This document shows positions 25,872 through 38,391 of a stretch of 64,000 nucleotides of DNA, piece after piece. Positions within the stretch are counted from its first letter, which is position 1. Each line of letters starts with the position of its first letter. Both the position numbers and the translations under genes were made by a program. Source of the DNA: Vicugna vicugna (Eukaryota); the NCBI GenBank assembly GCA_013265495.1, contig MU058540.1, positions 1,885,696 to 1,949,695 on the forward strand, written 5' to 3'. The notes beneath the pieces were generated by a model. The model was not told the DNA's origin. It saw nothing but the letters and a program-made list of their open reading frames with translations, and did no database searches.

Positions 25872-28800
25872 GTGAGAAGGGGCAGGCAGGGGACAGAGGC
25901 AGAAGGGGCACAGACGGGGTGAGGAGACCGGGAATCTAGCCTTGGCAACAGCATCACCATGGTGGTGCAGATGGGGGGTGCAGAGGAGCAGGCTGGTTAA
26001 GGACTGGACCAGACAGCCTGGGGTCACACCCCTGCCTTGTTGCTCATCAGCTGGCAGATCTTGAGCAAGTTGTACCCCTTCTTCCTGTAAAACAGACGGG
26101 GATTATAGGGCACGTGCACAGGGGCTTTGGTGAGAACTAAATGAGTTGGCATTTGTGATGTGTGTCGTCATCATCATTATTCCACCACTGCTACCACTAG
26201 GGATCGGGACAAGTCTGCATTAACACACGAAAGATCACCTCTACCTGAGACTGTTATGATTAGTCAGAACACACAACTCAGTTGATTCGGTACTGATTAC
26301 ATACATCATCACACTGCATTGTAATTAGGCATAAATGCTAAGCTGTTAGTGAGAATGACTGGAATTAATAATACTTTTGTGCAATCAGACAGTTTTCAGC
26401 TTCTCTTGTCTCACTTGTTCCCCCTTATCTACGATCAGCAGCCATGTAGATGTTTCTCTCTGGTTCCTTGTACTGTTCTGTCATCAGCATCAGCATCAGT
26501 ATCATGTTATGTCCACCATCAAGGGCACCCAGAATCCACCTCTCAGCCCCTGGCTCTCCCTGCTGCCGCCCCTTCCCTGCTCCCCATCCCTGGTCCCCGT
26601 CCCATCTCCCCAGCTTCTCTCTCACTCCCTCCACCAAGTACCAGCACATTCGGCTGATCCTTGCTCTCTTCTCTCAGAGGGTACTTAGGATCATTAGAGG
26701 ATGTGCTGCCAGGAGGGGGCATCGTGATCTTTCTGCTGATTTCACCTGAAGGAAATCCTGGCCACAAGTGGGCCTGCTCCACAGAGAGGAGCTCTGGACC
26801 CCTGTGTCTGTGTGGGGAGAAGGAGGTGAACGGGGTCAAGGAGGTGGACAGGGCAGGGGCTGCTGCGGTAGGACAGGCTCCGCATGAGCCTGCAGCTAAG
26901 AGAGGCCTGAGTCCTTGAGCCACGCTGCTTTGGATCTGCATTGTAAGGTCCTGGGATTTTGCAGAGGTTCTTCCTCTTCGGGGCATACAGTGGGGTAGGG
27001 CAAGGGGAGGGCCATCACCCAGACCCTTTTATCCCGCCCAGACACCCAGGAATGACCAAAGCAGACTTGGTGTGATTACAGGGCCCAAGGGAAGGTATCC
27101 CCCATCCCCCAGGGTAACCTGTTTTTTTATTCCCTGTTGGTTGGTTGGTGGCTGGGGTGGCTTTGCAAACCCAGCCTTTCTCAGAAGAGAGGAGTGACTG
27201 ACCAGCAGCCATCCATCACTGAGTGCTAACATCACACACTTAAGACAGGTGAGGAGGGTTAGGTAGCAGAGGGAAGACACTAGGGGCTAAGAATGAGCAA
27301 GAGATGTCACTAAGGACACCAAGGGAGAGTGAAAAGGGAAGAGAGCGCCACGAGGTTCGTGGCCTCACTGCCTGCCCTGGTTCACCCCGTCCCCACATCT
27401 GGGCCCAGGCACACAGAAGGCACCTACAGTGGAATGTCCTGTCCTGGGCTTTCCTACACACCTCCTCGTGGGGACCATATCCCCCGGTGATACTGCTGTT
27501 CACATGCAGCCCAGAGTGTGGTGCCTGGGTGCTCAGGTAGGGCAGAGTAGGCATGGTGATAGCATCTCGGGAGCCTCGTTGGTAGGATTTAGACTAGCAC
27601 ACATGGAGTTATCTGGGGTAGAATTTGCCCAGCCAGTTTCCCAGTGCTGTGTATGATGTGGTGTTTACTAGATTCTGTTTATCAATAAATCAATGAATTG
27701 GCAGTAGAGAGCCTTCCTTATTTAGCAGTTGAAACAGGAGAGAGGTATTTAATGTGATCACTGTGTGATAGCCATAGTGTATAAAAAGTTCCCACAAATT
27801 CCACAAGACAGGCCACCCAGCAGAAAAATAGAAGCAGGAGATTCATGGTAGGACAAATACAGATGGTCAGAAGACATGAAATATTTCTCAGTTTACTCAA
27901 CAATCGTAGGGGCAGTCTTCAGGTGAGACATCATTTAGCCTGTCAGTTTGGCAGAGAGGACTGTGTTGGCCAAAAGGTGAGGACATCGTCCTCCAGCCCG
28001 TGAGGGTGGACGGGCCTCTTGGCAGTGCAGGCCAGTACATTCTAGTGTGCATTCCTTTGGCCCTGCAGTTCCTCTCTTTGGAGTGCATCCAGTGTAAACA
28101 CTCGCTCAGCGTGCACACAGATTTCCACACTTATTTACTGCAGCACTCCTCATAATAGCAAAAAATGGGAAAGCACCCATCTGTGGAAATTGGTCATGTA
28201 AACAGTGGTAGAGCCATGCGGTGGAATGCTCTGCGGTCATGAAAAATGTTAAGGCAGTTCTGTATATACTGACAGGAAATAAATTTCTGACAGCTTGGGG
28301 ATGCCATTATGTAAAAATCCTTGTGTACCATAGAAGGCACTAGAAGGGTATCCACAAAGGACCAGTGGGGCTAACTCAGAGGAGTAGGATCAAGGGTGGA
28401 AAGGATGGTGGTAAGATGCTATGTGCAGGCCCTTATGTGTTTTTCTCAACAAGCCAGCAGTATGACATGACTTAAAAAGCAGATGCATTGCTCTTCTTTA
28501 AAAGGCTAAGATAAATTAGTTGTTGTTATTACTTCCTTTTTTAAAAAAAAAAAAAAAAAAAGGCTGGCAGGTGAGGGGCCCTCTTGTGTTGAGGATCACA
28601 CAAACCAGGGCAAGAATGCCAGATGTGCCACTAGGTGCTGTGGCCCTCGCCAGTGCCTTCACCGCTCCAATCTCAGTCCCTTCGCCTTTTGAGGCTGCAT
28701 CCTGCCCCTCAAGGGCCAGCTGGCTAAGGAGTAAATGGTGGCATCTGACACACCTGTGTCAGCACTTGCTGGTTCCTGTCCCGCCCCATGCGGCTGTGAC

Positions 28801-31800
28801 TTTGGCCTCTGGATTCCCTTCAGGGACCCATGAGGGTGAAGCACAGTTTCAAGCCCTGAAACAGCAGGAAGTCTGCACAGTTTGCTTCCCCTCTGACCCT
28901 CAAGAGGTTCTACACTGACTCTGTGCGGAGCGCAACACCTGCTAAGCCTCTCCCCACCCCCAGGAAGGCAGGCGGACAGGCCTCGCCATTAGCACTCAGC
29001 AGTGAGGAAACTCACATGCCTGGGTCCCCCGGCTGGACTGCTAGAGCAGGTGCTCACGCCCGACTCCTGCACTACTCTCCCCTCCTCCTCTAGTGATGGA
29101 TGTCCCAACTGCACCCAAGAGAGAGGTCGGGAGTCTTAGCTCAGGGCTGAGGAAGATAAAGTATCCTTCCTCCTGCCCTTGGACCTCCTCTCACTCAGCA
29201 AGCACTTGGTGGGTATTCAGGCAGGGGCTACCATTCAGTGAAGGGCAAGGCTGAGGGCCTGCCCCGAGGAGCTCCCCGTCCAGGTGATAACAGGACAATA
29301 GAAGTAAGGAGACTGGTAACCTAGCCCCAGGGTTCCGCAGAATTAGCCCTGAATTCAGAAGCTATTTACCTATGGGGCTCTGCCAGCAGAGTAAATAGCC
29401 AGGGCTGTTGCCTCCTGGCCACCCTCACAGCTATGACAACAGCATACCTCCTGCGATGGAGACTAGAAATTCAGGAGAACTCTCTACCACAGGTGAATGA
29501 TGTAAATAAGGTCAATAGTGTCTGCTGAACTTGTAATCAAAGATGCTGCAGCTGATATTTCACTCTCTGGGTGGTGCGGCCAGTGTTTATGCTTAGTCCA
29601 AATATTCGAATAATGATATCATGTTATCCTCAGCAGTGATGTGTCTATGGTTTATCATAATCAGAAATTATTGATTAGGAATAATGAACATGCACACACA
29701 CACACACACACGGGAAGTTGTAAAGTGCAGTGGGTAAGACCTCAGCCCTAGGGGTTGGATGGTTCTAAGTTAAAATTCTCACTCTGCCACTGAATTTGTT
29801 AGCGTTTCTAGAAGAACAAGCAGTGTTGGGGGAGGGGAGGGGAATGTGTGTGTAGAGGGAGGGAGAGAGATTTATTGTAAGGAATTGGCTCACACAGCTG
29901 TAAGGGCTGACAACTCGAAATTCTGCAAACAGACCAAGAGATGGGAGACCTGGGGAGGCTGATGAAGTAGCTCGAGTCCAAAGGCAGTCCGGGGGCAGAA
30001 TTACTTCTTCTTGGGGGAGGCCTTGGCCTTATTTTGAGGCCTTTATTTTAAGGCCTTCAACTGACTGGCTGGGGCCTACTCACGTTACAGAAAGTAATGA
30101 TTTAGAAGTTAATCACCTCTGAAATACCTTCATGGTAACATGTAGACTGGTGTTTGACCAAAAACTGGGTGCCATGGGTACATGACCTGGCCAAGTTGAC
30201 AGAAAATGAACCATCAGAGCCACTGTCAGCATGTTACTTAACCTTCTGAGCCTCAGTTTCCCAACTTATAAAATGGGGGGTAAGAAGATGAGCTTGAAGG
30301 GTTGTTTTGTTTTGTAGGTCACATGAGATGGATGGTGTAAAGCGTAGAGTGTCTGGCACACAGTAGGCATGCACTAAAGAAGAGGTGTTACTGGTTCAAA
30401 TACAGGCTTTGCAGGGAAGTCAGGTTTAGGGGCAAGTCCCAGGTCCCACCCGTTAGACAGGTGACTTTGGACAGATTCCTTAACTTCCTCGAGCCCTAGT
30501 TTCCTCATCTCTCGGTGATGGCAGTTACTGTCTTCCAAGGTGGTTTGAAATGATACTAACATGATCTGCACTTAGTAGGGGCCTAATAAACTCCTTCTTT
30601 CCTCTTCTCCTCCCAGTAGTGGTAGAGATAGGCCTTCAGGAGATGTTTGGGAGGTCCGGCAGGCGGTGAGGTGGGGTGGCTAGGATGGCAGTTCAGAGTA
30701 AGCTTCACGGCCCAGATGATGGCCATCAGGTGAGCAGGGGCATCTCCTGAGAGCAGAGAAGGGACTGGGTGAGAGGACTGGGCTGGGCTGGCCTCACATG
30801 GCAAGCCCAGGTTCTCTCCCACCCAGCATGCCTGAGGGTCCCAGGCAGGACCTCCCAGTGAGGGGGAGGGCCTCTTGAAAGCCCAGTCTCCTGCTGGAAG
30901 GTCATGAAGGGCTGTGACTTTCAGAAGCTGGTTCCTTGAATCGGGAGCATTCTGCCATCATTACCTTTGGGTAGGATGTGATGGTGATTTGAGGATAAAC
31001 CTTTAAGCCAGGTGGTCAACCAAGAAGAAAAAGAACCTTTATCTTCGGAAAATTCACCCCCAGGTGACAGGAATACCCTAGTACACATGTGCCTCACAAC
31101 AAAACCTACCCCTGTGGGATGCATTAACATCGCCCACCCCAGCCCTGCCTTTCTTTGCCTATGTGTCAGTCTTTTGTGTTCTCTTATTCCTCTCAAATGG
31201 GCAAGGGTGCCCTTGTCTTATTACCCTGCTGCCAGCAGGCCTCCCTGACTGCTCTCAGGTTTGCCTGTTCACCACCTGGGGGCAGGACACCCACTGGGCT
31301 CCCACACTGCCCTGGGCTTGTTTCCCCAAGCCCCATTTGCAGCTCTTCCTGCCTGGGGCCCCTCTGGGACACTCACCTTGGGCCTTTTTTTTTTTTTACA
31401 ATCCAGAGCTGTGGCCACCTTGGTGGTCTGTGGGGCTCGGGCATCATGGCTTCTTCTAGGGTTCTCCGTGGTCCTCACACTCCTGAGCAAGGGCCAGCGG
31501 CAGCCATGAGAAGTAAGAGGAGGATAGGCCTTGTTCCAGAGCTCTCCAGGCCTCATATGCGGAGGACTCCCACCCCTACCTTGGGTGTCTGTGAAGCTGT
31601 TGGGGAAGAGAAACAAACAGCCAGAAGAAGGAAGAGGCATGGGCCCTGTGTAAGGGGCACAGCGTGGGAACTGCAGCTTTCCAAGCATAATGAACCTCAC
31701 CCTAACTTATGCTGTTATTTACACAGTACTTCCAGCTTCCAGGAATTTTTTCTATCAGCTCCTTTACTTCTCACTGTGACTCTCAGCACATGCTCTTGTC

Positions 31801-34800
31801 ATCTCCATTTACAGAAGGGGACACAGGCCCGGGGAGCAGAGCTGGGTTTTCAGCCTAGGACACCAACTTGAACCCGGGCCACATGGCTGGGTTTTCAACC
31901 TAGGACACCAACTTGAACCCGGGCCATCGGGCAGTCTATTCTCAGCCCAATACTGTCTGCTTCTGAGCACCTGGAAGCCAGCTTGAGGGTCATTCAGAGC
32001 CCTGACCTTTGGGTCCAGAGAGAGGAGCAGTCACCTTGCCTGACGTCACTCCCCGTGATGGCTCCTGGGCAGTCCTGCACCGCGCTGCCTGGCCCATGGC
32101 CGGCCTCGCTGCTCACTACCTTGTGTTCTAGTTTTCTCACCTCTTTCTTACCTCAGCTGGTTGAGGGCAGCATCCAGGTTCTGCTCTGCACACATCAGGT
32201 GCTCATCAAATGTCTTTTGAATGAAGGGAGAGGGTGTCAGTGCCACATGCAGTGCCAACAGTAGCGAAGTGATCAGACACCTGCCAGGCCTCCAGGACCA
32301 CGATTGTGGACGAGGAAGGCACCACCAAGAGGTGGGAACAGTCTGAGGTGGCTGATCACTGTGGATAAGACTCGTTGGAGGAGGTGACCACTGAGATCCA
32401 AAGGGGACGTGAGTAGAGATGTGCTGAGTCTAGTAGGGGAGGCAGAGGTGCAAACCACAAAAACAACATGCTTACGAGAAGTGCAAGAAAGCTAACATGC
32501 ACACAGACCACACAGATGGGGGAGGAAGTGCCGGAAACCCTCCCTGCCCAGGTCTCTACAGAGTGTTTTTGCCTTCTCTCTGATTTCTCCTGGCAGCTGG
32601 TAATGGGAGTCCTGTGGCTCCTACGATAATGCCTCCAGGAGTGGCGGGTCCTGTGCTTGGCCGTGCAGCCAGGCTGCCCAGGTTGCTTGAGGGCCATGTA
32701 GTCCAGAGTCATGGAGTACCTGCTCCACGTCCAGCAGCGGCGCTCTGGTGGCAGAGGTGCCTCATGGCTCTTGTGTTTTGGTGGAGGGTGCCCAACACTG
32801 AGTAAACAGAGTCAGGTCATAACAAAGGCTGTTCAGAAGACCAAAGCAGCTTTGCCCCCCAGGCTGCTGGCTCCTCACAGCATGGACCTAAGAGATGGAG
32901 GGAGTCCACTCTGCCCTGTCCATGGACTGAGGAGGGTGCAGTTAACACCCCTTGGAATGACTGAAGCTTGGGAGCTAAGGCTCTGGGACAGGACAGGCTG
33001 TTTGTTTCAGGAACCAGGGACTCATGACATCCCTGTGCTCCCCAGCCCTGGAGAGTAATAGGCTGGTGGGTCCTCTGCTGTGGTCTGGTGCTTGTGCGCC
33101 CCTTGCTGTGGGCGGGGTGGGGTCTTCCTAGAGGCTTTCCTGCTGTCATTCCTCGGACCCTAGGCGGCCCTAGGGGAGCGAGTGGGAGGGTATAGGGGGA
33201 ATGGAGGATGCTGTGGTCTTGGGGGGGAGTTACTCCTGGGAGAGAATCAAGATCTTGTGCGGGGTGACTGTATTGTAGAGAGGTTGGAAGGCAGGCCTGG
33301 AAAACTCTAAGTCTGGGCTCGTTCCTGTGGCTTGGGTCTCCTTAAGGCACTGTCCTGCCCTGAGCCACTGATCTGGTCTGGAGATTTGGCCCCTGCCCCT
33401 GAGGAGGTTGCTCAGTCATCATGGAAGAAGGAGGAGAATAGAGGACTGTCAGGCCAGCCTGGCTGTGGCGGGATGGGCGGTGTAGGGGTTCATCAGCGGG
33501 AACTGGGCTGGGAGGCCGGAGACTGGGGCTCACAGCATGTCCCCTTTCCCAGGGAAGGGTTCGTTTCTGAGTGTCCAAAGAAGAGATTTAGAAGAAACTC
33601 CCAGGCATTCTTACTAAGTCATCTGACAGCACAAATACCTGAAGTCACTGCCATGGCTACCTGCTTTCCTTGCTGGCACTCTCAACACCTGGTTCAGACA
33701 TCTGCATTTATTTAAGAAAAAAAAAAAACAAAAACTTGAGACTCAGTCTGCTGGCCAGTCAGCATGACTGAGACCTCCGATCTTTCCACTCGAGCAAGAA
33801 GTTTCGTGGGAATCGATTTGAGCTTCTTGAGAGATCCTTTACAGCATCTCTGGAGTCCATGCAGAAATCAGTTTCCGGGGGTGGGGAAGGTGAGCTCTGC
33901 AGAGGTCTGCACTTCTCCAGTCTCCAAAACACATTTCACACCATCCCCCACAGGCCCACACAGTAGAGCCTCTTAAGCCAGGAGAGCTACTTCCTAAGGA
34001 GAACCTGTCTGCTTCTTCCCTCTTGTTTCCCTCCTTCCAAAACATAGCCACCCCCCTCACCACACCTTCTCCCCAACAGTGAGTTCAGCCCTTGAAGTCT
34101 CTGACTTACCCCAGATAATAAGCTACATTTCTGAAACATCAGCTGTGTGTCCATTTGGGGGAAACGCTTTGGACACTTGCCCTCCCAGAGAAGCTGTCAT
34201 TAGCCCCACATTCTGGATGAAGATGCTGATCCTCTGAGCCAAGACTCTGTGATTCAGAAGTTCTTCGCGCCATTGTGCTGCCCTGTGGGCTCTGCTCACC
34301 TTCCCTGGCCCACAGGCCCAGCGAAACATGAAGCCACCCTTGTGTTGTGTCTGCAGACCTCTCCCGGAGCTGCTCCCCCCCCTCACTGCTGGACCAGCTG
34401 CAGATGGGCTGTGACGAGGCCTCGTGTGGCAGCCTCAACATGGAGTGCCGCGTGTGCGGGGACAAGGCATCAGGCTTCCACTACGGTGTGCACGCATGCG
34501 AGGGGTGCAAGGTATGGCCAGGGGAGAGGGTGGCTGCCTGTTCGGGCTGTGATCACATGGTTAGTTGACCTGCCAGAAAGGCTTTCCCTTCTGCTGGGCA
34601 GGGCCTTGACCATTCCCACTGTGGAATTCCTGCCGGGGAGGCAGCCAGGCTCTTGAGCCCATTCCAGGCTTAGTGCTGGGCCCTGCTGGAGACAAAGGCT
34701 TCCCTCCCCAGCCCTGCCCTGCTGGGCACTGGTGGTCTGACCCAGTCATTCACCTGGGCTCTCTGGGTTCCTGGCACCCACCGGGGACCTGACACAAGAA

Positions 34801-37800
34801 AACAGGCAGATCAGAATGAGGGTCTTGGGCTGAGCCATCTTCCATAGGTCAGGATTTCCTGTGCCTTGAAGCCTTTTCTCATATTATTCGTTAAACGACT
34901 ACCTAGAAAAGATGCAGAACCAGATATATTTATAAATAAATCAAGTTAACTACAATACAGTTTTATGTTACCAAAGAAGCACTTACAGTAAATGTGGTAT
35001 ATTATTTTAATTATTTCAAAAGCTTTAGAGTTTACTTTCTTTCTCCCTCTTCCCTCCAAAACCAGTTTCCCCCATTACTTCCAGTTTGCAGGAATTTTAC
35101 ATTTTATGCCTAATCAGGCCCCCTGGTGCAACCCAGTGGGCAGAGCAGGATTCTTAACCTCTCCCCCTTCCTTGTGGCTTTTCTCTTCCTCATCTGTTTG
35201 CGCCTGGCAGGGCTTCTTCCGTCGGACGATCCGCATGAAGCTGGAATACGAGAAGTGTGAGCGGATCTGCAAGATCCAGAAGAAGAACCGCAACAAGTGC
35301 CAGTACTGCCGCTTCCAGAAATGCCTGGCGCTGGGCATGTCACACAACGGTGAGAGCACGGGTCCCATGCTGCTGAAGCCAGGTTCCAGGGCGCCCGGGA
35401 AGGGGGGCCCTCAGCATTGCCCAGCACACAGTAAGCACACGTGTCTCTGTTGACCTTGCTGATCTCACAGCCAACACTGGCTGGCATGGGGTCTGCCTCC
35501 CCAGACTGCCGGGACCCGCTGTGCTTCCCCGGCTGGCGGCAGTCATCACCTGTCTGTGCCTGAGACTCACCCTCTCTGGCCCAGAAGGGAACTGGGAGTT
35601 GAACCCAACTCCAACAGTGTTGGAAACCCCACTCCCAGAACCTCCAGTCTGTCTTGGATGACCTGACACGGCATGAGAAGCCACTGCCAAGGCCAAGGAT
35701 CCCCTCAGCCCTTCTTGGTTGTTGAGGAGCCAGTAAGTGATCAGAACCTGCTCTGCCCTGGGCTCTCGGCCTCCTGCAGAGTCTTGTCTTCAGACTTAAA
35801 GAGGCAGGTTTTGCATGGTCCACCTGCCCCCTCTTTGCCTCTTTGGGTCAGGCCTCCAGCGGACAGGGAAGAGCCTCTTGTTCAGTTTTCTCCACCCACA
35901 GGTACTTGTCTGGCATCTTAGAGGGCGGCAGGTCTGGGGTTTGATCCCATTAGTCTGTATCTGCCAGGGCCCCATCCCTTGGGTGGGGAGAGGGGGTTTC
36001 CTAGGAGATCTCAGGGCTGACTGAATTCTTCTCACTTTTTCTCTGAAAGAAGCCAGATTCATATTCTATCCATTACAGTTTCTGAGTGCTTACTGTGTGA
36101 ATACTCTACTCAGTTGTTCTGACAATCTAGTGAGATTTAAGTATTAGCCCCAATTTTCTCACGAAAAGAGAAAATGAGATAGCCTGCCTAAGGTCACATG
36201 GCTAGGAAGCTTCTGAGCTGGAACTTACAGCACAGACCTCTGACACCAAAGACAGTCTTTCTGCCCACCACGCTGCACCACCTTCCAGCCAGACTGGCTC
36301 AGTCACTCTGTGAGTTACAGTCATGTGTGCCGGGTGCTGTGAACAAGACAGACAGAAGCGCGCTGCCCCTGGAGCTTACGTTCTGGAGGAGTTCCCCGGT
36401 ATTCCAACTTGCTGGCTTTAGAGCTTCTGAAGGCCCTGTGCTCAAAAACTGTCTTTGTCTTTGGCCTGTGTACCTGTGGAGGAACGAGGAGGTTAGAGAT
36501 GCTGGCCTCTGCCTAGGCTCCTCCATGATGGCCCCTTTTCCATGCAGCCATCCGCTTTGGCCGGATGCCAGAGGCTGAGAAGAGGAAGCTGGTGGCAGGG
36601 CTGACGGCGAATGAGGGGAGTCAGCACAACCCCCAGGTGGCTGACCTGAAGGCCTTCTCCAAGCACATCTACAATGCCTACCTGAAAAACTTCAACATGA
36701 CCAAAAAGAAGGCCCGCGGCATCCTCACCGGCAAGGCCAGCCACACAGCGGTGAGTGTCACTGCTCAGCCTGGCAGCATCCTGGGCTCGGGGCCCTGCCT
36801 GGCTCCTGGGAGAACCAGGCCTCTTCCTTCCCTGCACTTCGTGGTACAGGCAAGGGGTATGGGTAACACATGGGCGGGGGTCTCCTGAGGCCTGGCCTCT
36901 AACGGGGCCTGGTTTTCAGCCCTTTGTGATCCACGACATCGAGACATTGTGGCAGGCGGAGAAGGGCCTGGTATGGAAGCAGCTGGTGAATGGTCTGCCC
37001 CCCTACAAGGAGATCAGCGTGCATGTCTTCTACCGCTGCCAGTGTACCACAGTGGAGACCGTGCGTGAGCTCACCGAGTTCGCCAAGAGCATCCCCAGCT
37101 TCAGCAACCTCTTCCTCAACGACCAGGTGACCCTCCTCAAGTATGGTGTGCATGAGGCCATCTTCGCCATGCTGGCCTCCATTGTCAATAAGGACGGGCT
37201 GCTGGTGGCCAACGGCACTGGCTTTGTCACCCGTGAGTTCCTGCGCAGCCTCCGAAAGCCCTTCAGTGACATCATCGAGCCCAAGTTCGAATTTGCTGTC
37301 AAGTTCAATGCCCTGGAACTTGATGACAGTGACCTGGCTCTCTTCATCGCGGCCATCATTCTGTGTGGAGGTAAGTGAGGGTGGGGCAGTGGGCCAGCTC
37401 CACACCGTCAGCCCTCCTAGGGGCTGACTCCTGAGGTGGGACCCTCGCTGCAGGGCTCCGAGCCTAAACCAGGCAGCATAGGGAAGTGTCTGTGTGATGG
37501 TGGCTGTGGAGCATGTAAGGCAGTAACTGTGAGAACCAACTCCATCTGACGTAGACAGAGAGGAGATAGGAAAAAGACTGAAAGGAAATATACCAGCATG
37601 TTTATGGGGGTTATTTCTGGTGGTGGAGAAATCTGTATTTTACCTGCATTTTTCAAATTCCAACACAATAAATATGACATGCTGCTATGGCATGCTGACA
37701 GTGGCACAGAGCTTACTTCATGCCAGCCACTGTTCTGGTTCCTTTTCCTAAATTATAACTCTTTAATCCTTGTAACATCTCTGTGTGAGAGGTACTTTCT

Positions 37801-38391
37801 GTTATCCCCGTTCTACAGATGAGGAAACAGGTCCAGAGAGGCTGAGTGACCTGCCTGTAGCCTCAACGCTAGTCGGTAGCAGAGAAAGAATTTGGATTCA
37901 GGCAGGGAGTCTCCTAACCATGATACAATGCTGCCTAGTTGCGGGGAATAAAGGAGGTAGGGGACTAGAACACTCAGAGGGGCAGTCACTGATAGCACAG
38001 GGCTTGTGTCTGTCACAGCAAGCAGGCCCACTGCCCCCAAAGTTCAGTCACCAATGCAGGTAGGGTTAGGGGAGCTCCTCTGCCCTTCTGAGATCCCACA
38101 TATGCCTGCTTCCCCCCACACCTCTGCTCTGTGCCCACCACAGACCGGCCAGGCCTCATGAACGTGTCACAGGTGGAGGCCATCCAGGACACCATCCTGC
38201 GTGCCCTCGAGTTCCACCTGCAGGTCAACCACCCCGACGCACAGTACCTCTTCCCCAAGCTGCTGCAGAAGATGGCTGACCTGCGGCAGCTGGTCACCGA
38301 GCATGCTCAGATGATGCAGCGGATCAAGAAGACCGAGACAGAAACCTCGCTGCACCCCCTGCTCCAGGAGATCTACAAGGACATGTACTGA
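25742..38391 (+). CDS. PPARD: Peroxisome proliferator-activated receptor delta (PPAR-beta/delta), complete spliced CDS, 441 aa
   Basis: Coding exons 25742-25871, 34357-34511, 35211-35349, 36548-36750, 36920-37370, 38144-38391 total 1326 nt, all GT-AG with matching phases. Translation [17 protein letters not shown]...[33 protein letters not shown]...[13 protein letters not shown] has the nuclear-receptor C4 zinc fingers, the PPAR P-box and the AF-2 helix. Confidence 0.99.
29693..29711. repeat. (CA)n microsatellite
   Basis: cacacaca run. Confidence 0.85.
29800..30220. mobile_element. ERVL LTR (MLT2-like) inserted into a MIR
   Basis: gagagagatttattgtaaggaattggctcacac and tagactggtgtttgaccaaa motifs; MIR halves on either side (about 29725-29795 and 30225-30370). 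Confidence 0.7.
31841..31926. repeat. 45-bp-period tandem duplication
   Basis: gctgggttttca(g/a)cctaggacaccaacttgaacccgggcca twice, one mismatch. Confidence 0.95.
34357..34511 (+). CDS. PPARD: PPARD coding exon 2 (first zinc finger)
   Basis: ctgcag|ACCTC...TGCAAG|gtatgg; [52 protein letters not shown]. Confidence 0.98.
35211..35349 (+). CDS. PPARD: PPARD coding exon 3 (second zinc finger)
   Basis: tggcag|GGCTTC...AACG|gtgaga; [46 protein letters not shown]. Confidence 0.98.
36548..36750 (+). CDS. PPARD: PPARD coding exon 4 (hinge)
   Basis: atgcag|CCATC...GCG|gtgagt; [19 protein letters not shown]...KASHTA. Confidence 0.98.
36920..37370 (+). CDS. PPARD: PPARD coding exon 5 (ligand-binding domain)
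   Basis: tttcag|CCCTTT...GGAG|gtaagt; [26 protein letters not shown]...[12 protein letters not shown]. Confidence 0.98.
38144..38391 (+). CDS. PPARD: PPARD last coding exon (end of ligand-binding domain, AF-2)
   Basis: ccacag|[31 protein letters not shown]...[13 protein letters not shown] at 38389-38391. Confidence 0.98.

Noticed and set aside
31155..31871. 238-aa plus-strand ORF in a PPARD intron
   Set aside because: Non-ATG start, no motif, runs into MIR-like sequence; consistent with chance in GC-rich DNA.
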